A stretch of DNA of 64,000 nucleotides from an uncultured Oscillospiraceae bacterium (GTDB lineage: Bacteria; Bacillota; Clostridia; Christensenellales; CAG-314), in assembly GCA_964607155.1 (NCBI GenBank), contig CAZSIF010000009.1:6795-70794 (forward strand), written 5' to 3'. Of this stretch, positions 36,746 to 45,340 are shown piece by piece. The position numbers and the translations under genes are program-made. Within the stretch, counting starts at the first letter, position 1; every line of letters begins with the position of its first letter. Below the pieces are notes generated by a model, which was not told where the DNA came from, did no database searches, and saw only the letters and a list, made by a program, of their open reading frames with translations.

Positions 36746-38692
36746 ATGACTAAATCGACCTTAAAAAAAATATTATTCGGCACAGGGCTGCTGCTTTGTT
36801 TGGCGGCACTCGTTGTGTTTTTGTTTAGCGGTGAAAACTTTGATGTTATCCGTGCTCTTTTTGACGGTGACTTCGGCAGAGTGATAGACGAGTTGAAAAA
36901 TCTCGGCTGGAAGGGCGCGTTTGTTATCATCATCTTATCCATGTTGCAGGTTGTGTTGACCTTCCTCCCATCGGAGCCGACGCAGGTTCTATCCGGAATC
37001 AGCTACGGGTTGGGCTACGGACTACTGTGGTGCATGATCGGCGTGGTTATCGGCAACACAATAATATACATTTTGTATCGAATCTACGGCGACAAATTGG
37101 ATAAATACTTCCACAAAAACATCACAGTGGATTTTGAAGTGCTGCGGCACAGCAAAAGAATAACTCTGTTAATACTTATCCTGTACTTTTTGCCTGCCAT
37201 TCCATACGGACTTATCTGCTTTTTTACGGCGACCGTTAACAACAAGAACTTCCCCAAATATTTTGTGCTAACCACGCTGGGTTCCATTCCGTCGGAGCTT
37301 ATGGGCGTTGCCATAGGGCACGTTGCGATAAACGAAAGCTGGATAATATCCGTCATTCTGTTTGTGGTATTAGTTGCGCTGATTGTGTTGATGTACGTTT
37401 ACAGGGACAAGGTTTTTGCAAAGGTTAACGAATTTGCGCAAAAACAGTTTACCTACAGTTCCAAAACAACGGTAACCCCGCACAGATTGTGGTTCTGCAA
37501 ACCATTGCGTTTTCTAATGCGCGCATATGCTCGTCACAAAGTTCATCTGATAAAAAAACGCCCCAACGAAAAAATACAAGGTCCGGCAATAGTGGTTGCC
37601 AACCACGGCTCGTTTTTCGACTTTTTGTATCTGCCGGAAATACTTGACAAAGAGTATTTTTACACGGTGGCATCACGTCAATATTTTTACAAACGTTCCG
37701 TGGCGTGGATGTTGCACAGAGCCGGCGTTTTCCCCAAAAGTATGTTTACCACAGATGTGGAAAATGTGCGCAACTGCTTGAAAGTATTAAAGAACGATGG
37801 CGTATTGATGCTTTTCCCCGAGGCAAGACTTTCGACCGTTGGAGAATTTGAGGACATTCAACCCAAAACATGTAGCTTTTTGCGCAGAACAGGAGCAAAC
37901 ATCTACCTGCTAAAATTCGGCGGAGATTATCTGGCAATGCCTAAGTGGGCAAAGAAAAACGGACGTATGCAACTTCGCAAAAAGCCCACTGTCGAGGCAG
38001 AACTAAAGCTACTTTTAACAGGCGAGCAAGCCAAGGCGATGGACGAGGAACTTTTTGAAAAAACTCTAACGGACGCACTGCGCTACGACGAGGCGGAATG
38101 GTTAGATAAACACCCCGAAATCACCTACAACGACAAAAACCTTGCAGAAGGGCTAAACAGCATATTGTATCGCTGCCCCGTGTGCGGCACAAAACTTTCC
38201 GTGACGGCGCAAAACAACACGCTAACTTGCAGCCATTGCGGCGCAACGGCAACCCTAAGCAATCGTTACAAATTCAACGAAGGAGCACCGTTTGAGAGCA
38301 TTCCTCAATGGTACCATTGGCAGGAGCAAAAACTACTTGAGGAAATTTTGGCAGACAACGATTTTTGTTTGCGTGATGAAGTTACAACGTACCACCAATC
38401 TTCCGACGGCAAAAAGCAACTGTCACTGGCAGGCAATGGCGTCTGCGTACTTGACCGTAACGGTTTGACCTACACGGGTACGGACGGCAACGAGCAAGTC
38501 GAAAAGCATTTTTCCGTAAACGAAATATATCGATTACTATTTGGCGCAAACGAAAACTTTGAGCTGTATCAGGGTGAGCTATATTGGTATTTTGTGCCGA
38601 CCAATCCCCTGAGCTGCGTTGAATGGTACATTGCAAGCGGCTTGTTGTGGAAGTTTGCAAACGGACAGACAACCAAAGAATATCAAGACTAA
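36746..38692 (+). CDS. Fusion protein: DedA/TVP38-family membrane domain + PlsC-type lysophospholipid acyltransferase + C-terminal Zn-ribbon domain
   Basis: 648 aa with a GGAGG SD. The N-terminal ~230 aa are polytopic ('FLPSEPTQVLSGISYG', 'YFLPAIPYGLICFFTA'). HX4D motif 'NHGSFFD' and block 'LMLFPEARLS'. 'CPVCGTKLS...CSHCG' Zn-ribbon. Confidence 0.8.
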   Translation: MTKSTLKKILFGTGLLLCLAALVVFLFSGENFDVIRALFDGDFGRVIDELKNLGWKGAFVIIILSMLQVVLTFLPSEPTQVLSGISYGLGYGLLWCMIGVVIGNTIIYILYRIYGDKLDKYFHKNITVDFEVLRHSKRITLLILILYFLPAIPYGLICFFTATVNNKNFPKYFVLTTLGSIPSELMGVAIGHVAINESWIISVILFVVLVALIVLMYVYRDKVFAKVNEFAQKQFTYSSKTTVTPHRLWFCKPLRFLMRAYARHKVHLIKKRPNEKIQGPAIVVANHGSFFDFLYLPEILDKEYFYTVASRQYFYKRSVAWMLHRAGVFPKSMFTTDVENVRNCLKVLKNDGVLMLFPEARLSTVGEFEDIQPKTCSFLRRTGANIYLLKFGGDYLAMPKWAKKNGRMQLRKKPTVEAELKLLLTGEQAKAMDEELFEKTLTDALRYDEAEWLDKHPEITYNDKNLAEGLNSILYRCPVCGTKLSVTAQNNTLTCSHCGATATLSNRYKFNEGAPFESIPQWYHWQEQKLLEEILADNDFCLRDEVTTYHQSSDGKKQLSLAGNGVCVLDRNGLTYTGTDGNEQVEKHFSVNEIYRLLFGANENFELYQGELYWYFVPTNPLSCVEWYIASGLLWKFANGQTTKEYQD

Positions 38693-38723
38693 CCACACTC
38701 AATATAATACAATAACATGCAAA

Positions 38724-38759
38724 ATGCGCCCGCAACAACCGTTGCAGACGCATTTTTTT
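38724..38759 (+). terminator. Rho-independent terminator between convergent genes
   Basis: ATGCG-cc-GCAAC-AACC-GTTGC-aga-CGCAT followed by T7. An A4 run upstream gives partial bidirectional character. Confidence 0.65.
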
Positions 38760-38856
38760 GCACTTTTAACTTGTGTTATTAACACTTTATCAGAACTTGT
38801 ACGCAAATTATCTCCACACAAATGCAGTTCTATTTACAAAAAAGTTCTTTCAAAAA

Positions 38857-41034
38857 TCATTTAACTTCGGTTATATGCCAAGTCCAACTTCCGCAGTCTG
38901 GAAGTCTTGGATAAAGCAAGCCGACGTTCATAAGAGCCGCACCGCTTGCAATAAGATTCAATTCTTCAACACAATACTTTTTGTTTGCATCCAAGCCGTT
39001 AAGTTTAACAACCCTATCGTGATCACACGGATCGCCACGAAAACGTTCGCCGACAACATATGCGCAAGATTTATCTTTTGCAACAATCATTTCACAAAAA
39101 TAATTTGTTTCAAACGGGTTGGTTATGCGGTACAAATCTCCCGTCAGCACAAGCTCGTCGATTTTTCGATATGCGGCAGTCTGCTCGCACACAAGGCGTT
39201 TTTCCTCCGCAGTAAGTTTGGACATATCCAGTTCGTAACCCGTTGCGCCGAGTGAAGCAATTGCGCCCCTTGTTGAAAACGGCGTTATGCGTTGCGTTTG
39301 ATGGTTAGGACAAGCCGAAACGTGACAGCTCATCGACGACACGGGATAGCATATCGACGTGCCCCACTGAATTTTGGTACGCTCCAACGCATCGGTATCG
39401 TCGCTCGTCCAAATTTGCGGATGATAATACAGCGCGCCGCCATCAAACCTACCGCCGCCACTTGCGCACCCCTCAAAAAACACATTGGGGAAGTCCGTCG
39501 TCAAGCGATTTACCAAATCGTAAAAGCCAAGCGTATAGCGATGAGAAAATTCGCCTTGCCTATCCGCAGGCAAACTTGCCGTGTAGCTTTCGGTAATTTC
39601 TCTGTTTTTATCCCACTTTACATACGAAATATCGTTTTCTTTAAGGATTTTTGCAATGACATCGTAAATGTAGTCCACAACTTCCTTGCGAGAAAAGTCC
39701 AACACAAGCTGATTGCGACTGCGACAAAGCTGCACGCCGTCCTTGTGGATTGCCCAATCCGGATGATTGCGATACAGGTCACTATCCTCACTGACCATTT
39801 CCGGCTCGAACCACAAACCGAAGTTAAGTCCGTTTTGCTTACAGCGGTCTATCACGGCTTTAAGTCCGCCGTTAAGTTTATTTTCGTTAACAAACCAATC
39901 GCCCAAGCCCGTTTTATCGCTATCACGCTTGCCAAACCATCCGTCGTCCAACACAAAAGTGTCTATTCCCGTATCCTTTGCCGCATCGATAATATCAAAC
40001 AGTTTTTCGTTGTTAAAATCAAAATATGTGCCTTCCCAGTTATTAATAACTATCGGACGGCGTTTGTAAACGTAGTCGGGATTGATAATACACTCACGAT
40101 AAAAATCATGGAATTCCCTTGACATATTGCCAATACCGCTTGCGGAATAACAAATTGCAACTTGCGGCGTAACGAACGATCCGCCACACTCAAGGTGCCA
40201 ACCAAACATTTCGTCATTTATGCCGCCCTGTACGCGCAATCTATGATAAGGATTAACCTCCGCTGTCAGGGCAAACGAACCGCTGTAAATAAGGTTAAAA
40301 CCATAGCACTCGCCACTGTTTTCGTTGCAATCGTTAATAAGCACACCCAAAAACGGATTCATTTGATGGGACGAATATCCACGACTTGAATCGGCACGGA
40401 AAGTGCCGGCTTTTAGCGGCGTTACGACGGGCGTACGCTCGGACGCCCAGTTGCCCGCAAGACACATGACCGAAAAATCGGCAAAATCCGGCAAGTCCAC
40501 ACAGAAGGAAAACGCCTTTGCCAAATTTACAGCTTCGTTGCCGACGTTGCGCGCAACAAGATTGCGCACCAACACATCCGAGCCGTTGCTAACAGAATAA
40601 TTAAGGTCAATTTCCGTATCGGAAAAATCGTCTTTTAACGTAATTATCAAGGTTTCGTCGGCTTTGCGCACACAAGGCATACCTTCAATTTTAATTGCGC
40701 CGTTAATGATACTGTGACGAGCATACTTAAAACGGCTAACCGCACCGCCGTCGCTCCGCCTTACCGTAACCGTTGGCGAGTGAAAATCGCCATGTGCATA
40801 ACTTCCGCATTCGCCAAGCATCCAATCGGTGCACATGTCATTGTTGATATCTTGCGGATTAGGGGTTGCCCAGCCGCTGCCTTGTGCGTCACGCACAAAA
40901 CACCCATCCGTCGGCTCAATTCTTTTTCCGTAATACAGCTGTTGCAAAAGCCCGACGGCGTTAACACACATAACGTAACTATACGTTTTGCCGCTTATGT
41001 AAAAGATTTTGTTTTGGTTATCAAAAGTAATCAT
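38857..41034 (-). CDS. GH36 alpha-galactosidase (cytoplasmic)
   Basis: 725 aa with no signal peptide. GH36 motifs 'YVKWDKN' and 'FEGCASGGGRFD'. GAGGTGA SD. Confidence 0.85.
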   Translation of the reverse strand: MITFDNQNKIFYISGKTYSYVMCVNAVGLLQQLYYGKRIEPTDGCFVRDAQGSGWATPNPQDINNDMCTDWMLGECGSYAHGDFHSPTVTVRRSDGGAVSRFKYARHSIINGAIKIEGMPCVRKADETLIITLKDDFSDTEIDLNYSVSNGSDVLVRNLVARNVGNEAVNLAKAFSFCVDLPDFADFSVMCLAGNWASERTPVVTPLKAGTFRADSSRGYSSHQMNPFLGVLINDCNENSGECYGFNLIYSGSFALTAEVNPYHRLRVQGGINDEMFGWHLECGGSFVTPQVAICYSASGIGNMSREFHDFYRECIINPDYVYKRRPIVINNWEGTYFDFNNEKLFDIIDAAKDTGIDTFVLDDGWFGKRDSDKTGLGDWFVNENKLNGGLKAVIDRCKQNGLNFGLWFEPEMVSEDSDLYRNHPDWAIHKDGVQLCRSRNQLVLDFSRKEVVDYIYDVIAKILKENDISYVKWDKNREITESYTASLPADRQGEFSHRYTLGFYDLVNRLTTDFPNVFFEGCASGGGRFDGGALYYHPQIWTSDDTDALERTKIQWGTSICYPVSSMSCHVSACPNHQTQRITPFSTRGAIASLGATGYELDMSKLTAEEKRLVCEQTAAYRKIDELVLTGDLYRITNPFETNYFCEMIVAKDKSCAYVVGERFRGDPCDHDRVVKLNGLDANKKYCVEELNLIASGAALMNVGLLYPRLPDCGSWTWHITEVK

Positions 41035-41200
41035 AACTCACCTCAATTCGTTGCACTTAAAACACGTTACGCCACAAAACCGCATTGCAAGCTAACGCAT
41101 TATTTGTAGTGTAGCATAAACGCCAAAATATCACAAGCATTAAAACCTCTTGTGTCAAAAATCAACGTGATGCAACGGCGCAACCATCAAGCCACCGAAC

Positions 41201-41222
41201 AAAAAAGCCGACTGCTATCGGC
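41201..41222 (-). terminator. Weak terminator after the GH20-like gene
   Basis: Minus strand: GCCGA-TAGCAG-TCGGC followed by T6. The stem is only 5 bp. Confidence 0.4.
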
Positions 41223-41268
41223 AATATTTGCGACAACAATCGGCATTTATTCGTAATCGAAACGGCGC

Positions 41269-43101
41269 CTATCTGCGAGAAAGTTCCTTCAAAATGGCTT
41301 TATAACGTTTAATCAGATAACTAAACCTAAAAGTAGCAAGTTCGTAATCGCTTTTTTTGTTGCGCAAATGCCACACGTCCGTCATTTCCGCAAAAACGGA
41401 CTTGGCAAACCTTAGCGTGTTTTTAATCATCTCAACATCGGGATTGTCGTTGCGCAACGAGCGGCACACGCGGTTGTGCATAACTGCCCATTTCAACAAG
41501 TGCAAACTCATTGCCGCCTCTCGAACGTACCCGTTTTTACTTTTAGTATCTATCTTACTTTTTATAGCTCCAAGCAATTTTTCCGTCGCAACGCATTCTT
41601 CCTCCGTCAAAAGCTCGTCCCTTCTGAAAAATGCCGTCGGATCGGAATAGTTATTATAGTCCACTTGCATGCAATCCAGCCCACGCACATACAATGCGCT
41701 GAACAGATACGGCAACATGCGAATTGTCTGTGTTTGGCAGTTAACGTATCTGCCCAAATCCGCCACCACGTCGGATAGCTCCGCTTGATAAACTTCACAA
41801 TCCAACCAGTCGGTAAGCTCGCCAAGCGAAAAGTCAGTTGCATTCCATGCATAACATGCGCCAACGCCCTCAAATAAAAAGCCCGTGGCACGAGTTGTGG
41901 CATAACCGCCGTCGCCCCACTCGGTGTTAAGCAACCCCTCCGCACCGCAACGCTTTCCGCAAGCGGCAGCTTCTGAAATGTTCACAAGCGCCTTATCCGT
42001 CCAACCGGTGAGCGTATTTGCAAAAGCCGTGGACGGGCACACAAAAAACCTTGCTCCGCACTGCTTGTACACGTCGCATGCGTCATCGGTAAATTGTCCG
42101 GGCTCGTACCGCCACTCTAAAAAGACGACATCACCAAGCTTATCCAGCTTGTTCGGATGATTATGCGCAACGTCGCCCCACAGCATAGGCGTAATGCCCC
42201 TGCTACGCATGTTGTCGCAAATCTTGCCTACATGCTTAAAATAAGTTTCGCCGTCGTCATCTAATTTTCTGTCGCCATAAAGCGTATCAAACGGCTCATC
42301 GCCACCGATATTGCAATATTTTGCATTACCAAAACACGGCAACATTTCGTCAAAAAGCCTTGTTACAAATTTGACGCTTTCCGGATTGGTTGCGTCTAAC
42401 GTTCCGGCGGGGCAATGCAATCCGCCCTTATCCCAATCAAAGCCGTCGGGAGAATGCGCCAAACCGTTAAATTCCTTTTGATTAAGCCAATATGTCATAT
42501 GCCCGTAGCAGTTTCCGCAAGGCGTAAGCTCAACAAACCTTTCCTCCGCATATGAACGCAACTCTTCAACATCATGCGCAGTCAAAAAATCGTTCGGTTT
42601 TTTGTAATACTTGCGTAACGACGGATAGTAAAACGCACGCCCTTCCACATACAGCTGCAACATGTTGATTTTTAAGTCAGACAAAAAATCTATTACACGT
42701 TTAAGCGTGTCCACCGTGGGCACTTTGCCGCGAGAAACGTCCAGCATCAGCCCTCGCGTTGCAAAATCCGGCTCGTCCTCCACGCAAATGCACGGCAGTG
42801 TGCTGCCGCACTGTTTTAACACTTGAATAAGCGTAAGTGTCGCATAGTGCAGTCCTTTTGTGCCGCCCGCACGAATTTTTATTTCGCTGCCCACTTCCAA
42901 AACATATGCTTCGTCGCCAAGAGTTTTATCTAAAACATAATTGGTTTTTGTGCCGTTATCGGATACAAACGGGGCAAGTTTTTGTAATGTGTGCGGCGCA
43001 AGCAAGTTTTCGCAACAAAGGCATAAGCCGTTTGCTTGCACAACGTCGTTTGAATAAACGATTTTTTTCGGTTTGGGAACGATTTTTATTTCTGCCTGCA
43101 T
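41269..43101 (-). CDS. GH20-like beta-N-acetylhexosaminidase-family protein (cytoplasmic)
   Basis: 'FATRGLMLDVSRGKVPTVDTLKRVIDFLSDLKINMLQLY' TIM-barrel start and 'NIGGDEPFD' (catalytic D-E pair region). Start set to ATG 43101 (GGAG SD); the track start 43113 is a GTG. Overlaps the upstream gene by 16 nt. Confidence 0.6.
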   Translation of the reverse strand: MQAEIKIVPKPKKIVYSNDVVQANGLCLCCENLLAPHTLQKLAPFVSDNGTKTNYVLDKTLGDEAYVLEVGSEIKIRAGGTKGLHYATLTLIQVLKQCGSTLPCICVEDEPDFATRGLMLDVSRGKVPTVDTLKRVIDFLSDLKINMLQLYVEGRAFYYPSLRKYYKKPNDFLTAHDVEELRSYAEERFVELTPCGNCYGHMTYWLNQKEFNGLAHSPDGFDWDKGGLHCPAGTLDATNPESVKFVTRLFDEMLPCFGNAKYCNIGGDEPFDTLYGDRKLDDDGETYFKHVGKICDNMRSRGITPMLWGDVAHNHPNKLDKLGDVVFLEWRYEPGQFTDDACDVYKQCGARFFVCPSTAFANTLTGWTDKALVNISEAAACGKRCGAEGLLNTEWGDGGYATTRATGFLFEGVGACYAWNATDFSLGELTDWLDCEVYQAELSDVVADLGRYVNCQTQTIRMLPYLFSALYVRGLDCMQVDYNNYSDPTAFFRRDELLTEEECVATEKLLGAIKSKIDTKSKNGYVREAAMSLHLLKWAVMHNRVCRSLRNDNPDVEMIKNTLRFAKSVFAEMTDVWHLRNKKSDYELATFRFSYLIKRYKAILKELSRR

Positions 43102-45077
43102 AATGTACTCCACTTACGTTTGAGTATCGGGAAAAAGTGTCCGCCCACAACCGTCCTATTGCGGAAGGTGTAGTATTTTGGTTCTTTTGCATCTATCCAG
43201 TCCGAACAAGGCACTCGCTGTTGCGTGTCGTTAAAGAAATTCACGATGTACCTTGCATACTTGTCCGTTTCGGGAACGTCGCCCATCGATGCAACCCAAA
43301 GCATCCAGTCTGTTTTGACGTAGGTATTGCGACTATCCAACTGAACGCCGTAACGCTGCGCCACCACGTCGTAGTACGCCAACTCCGCAGGAATAATATC
43401 GCTAAACAAGCCGCCGCCCAACAATGAATCTATTGCCATATTATACTTGATACTATACGAGTTTTCGTTGCCGTGCACAAGCACAGTGTGATCGCCGGCA
43501 GAATACAGCGTTTTCCACTCTGCGGCATATTTTTGCGCAAGCTCCGCATATTCCGTTGCCCCCTGCTTATCGCCCAAGCTATCCAAAATTTTACCAAAGC
43601 AATAAATGCCCTCGATTGCCTTAACGGCAAGATTGGCGTTTTTATCCAAATGTCCGGCAAAGTCGTCGGTGCAAAGCTGCGATGCCGGCAAAATACCGTA
43701 CTTAACCAAATACTTTACCCACTTGCCAAGTAAATCGATATTATCCGCAAGCAGCTGTTTATCGCCGGAAACTGCATGGTACAAATACGCCATGATTATC
43801 ATATTGCTGCTTTCCTCGACGGGCATTTGACGGCTATCGTCAAACATGTCGTGGTTGGCAGGCATCTGATAATAAAACGGCAATACTTCCGGCTTGTGCC
43901 AATCCTTTACAAGCAACTGACTGCACTCCGCCTGATTTTTTACGGCATAGTACTGCCCCAAACAATACGGATAAATACCCACATCGTGCGGCGCAAAATC
44001 GTACTTCCACGTTGCGGTGCGAGCATACTTGAATATCGGCAACATCATGCCCTTTACCAATATCGGGTTGTATAGCAAATACAACGGCATAGACGGATAG
44101 CTTACGTCAACAGTTGCAATGCATCCATCGGAATTGCACTCCTTGGACAAAAACAATATATTGCCGTTTGCGTCCTCCACAAGCTTGTGCGCCGCCAAAG
44201 ATTGTCTAACCGAGGCGTACAACACCAACAAATAATCTTCGCCGTAAGCCGTCGCATCGGCTTCAATCACCTTGTTAAAGTCCGCACACTTGCCGCAAAT
44301 TTCGTCATGAGCAGCACAAGCGTACTCTATTGTTTCAAAAATTGTTTTTCCGTTGCGTTGCCAATAGTTTTTTAGATACTCACCGAAATAGTAGATAGAA
44401 ATAACGTCGTCGAAAGCAACGGTAAAAAATCCTTCGGCACTTGCCACACCAAGATGACTATCGGCTACGCAAATCCATTTGCGTTCGTCCGCGCGACAAT
44501 ACGCGCTTTGTCCGCACAAATAGTAGTATCCCCAATCCGCACCAACCTCGTCCATGCTGTTGGATAGCGGAAGTTGTCTGTACAAACCCATACTTATAGC
44601 TTGACAGCCGTCAAGGTCGTACCTGTTAACACGCGTTTCGTCGGTGCGATCTTCCCTAAAACAAGTGTCAAAGCAACACCGCTCCTCCATTGCCAATTCC
44701 ACAACAACGTCGTGCGCACGTTCGCTGTTAAACGAATAGTTAACAAACGCAACCGGCAACGACAACAAATCCAAATCCGTTGGCAACAATGGCGAAACGA
44801 ACTCGACGGAAAAACTAAAATCGTCATGCGCAAAAAGATATTTTGTGCCGAAAGCTGTTATTTCCGTTTGAACGAGCGTCAATGCCTGCTCATCGCCACG
44901 CCCCAAAAACCTATATTTAACGCCGTCCACGCAAAGCAAGCCAACAATAGGCTTTGGCTCGCCGTGCCAAAAGGCAACGTCACTTTCGGTGGGATTATCC
45001 GACGGCATCCAAAAAGAAAAATACGGATCCTTTACCAACAACGGATAGGACGGCAACCTTTTATCCTTTAAAATCAT
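43086..45077 (-). CDS. Glutaminase-A-like (DUF5127/DUF4965/DUF1793-type) putative glycoside hydrolase, cytoplasmic
   Basis: N-terminus 'LPSYPLLVKDPYFSFWMPSDNPTESDVAFWHGEPKPIVGLLCVDGVKYRFLG' matches the family's hallmark start as I remember it. No signal peptide. Start moved to ATG 45077 (AAGGAAG SD). Confidence 0.6.
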   Translation of the reverse strand: MILKDKRLPSYPLLVKDPYFSFWMPSDNPTESDVAFWHGEPKPIVGLLCVDGVKYRFLGRGDEQALTLVQTEITAFGTKYLFAHDDFSFSVEFVSPLLPTDLDLLSLPVAFVNYSFNSERAHDVVVELAMEERCCFDTCFREDRTDETRVNRYDLDGCQAISMGLYRQLPLSNSMDEVGADWGYYYLCGQSAYCRADERKWICVADSHLGVASAEGFFTVAFDDVISIYYFGEYLKNYWQRNGKTIFETIEYACAAHDEICGKCADFNKVIEADATAYGEDYLLVLYASVRQSLAAHKLVEDANGNILFLSKECNSDGCIATVDVSYPSMPLYLLYNPILVKGMMLPIFKYARTATWKYDFAPHDVGIYPYCLGQYYAVKNQAECSQLLVKDWHKPEVLPFYYQMPANHDMFDDSRQMPVEESSNMIIMAYLYHAVSGDKQLLADNIDLLGKWVKYLVKYGILPASQLCTDDFAGHLDKNANLAVKAIEGIYCFGKILDSLGDKQGATEYAELAQKYAAEWKTLYSAGDHTVLVHGNENSYSIKYNMAIDSLLGGGLFSDIIPAELAYYDVVAQRYGVQLDSRNTYVKTDWMLWVASMGDVPETDKYARYIVNFFNDTQQRVPCSDWIDAKEPKYYTFRNRTVVGGHFFPILKRKWSTLCRQK

Positions 45078-45254
45078 AGTTAATTCTTCCTTGTGAAATA
45101 TTTTGAATGTTTTATCTTGTCTTTGCACACGCACACTTTTGTGGCGCAGTCATAAATCGCGCTTTGCCCATTGCTTTAACAATAGGCTTTGCATTGCTTA
45201 AAAGTTACATAAACAAGTTGCTTTACAGACGTTAACCTGCGCCGCAACGCATTT

Positions 45255-45338
45255 GTCTGTGCCCCAAAAATGAGGCACAGACTTTTTAAGTAATCAATTA
45301 TTCAACAATGCGCCCTGTATTGCGCATTGCCATTTTTT
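45255..45338. other. Two strong hairpins downstream of the 1373-aa gene (terminator-like, orientation ambiguous)
   Basis: GTCTGTGCC/GGCACAGAC (45255-45282) and CAATGCGC/GCGCATTG (45306-45329). In both, the T-run (T5/T6) lies on the plus-strand 3' side, although the flanking genes are on the minus strand. Confidence 0.4.
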
Positions 45339-45340
45339 GT

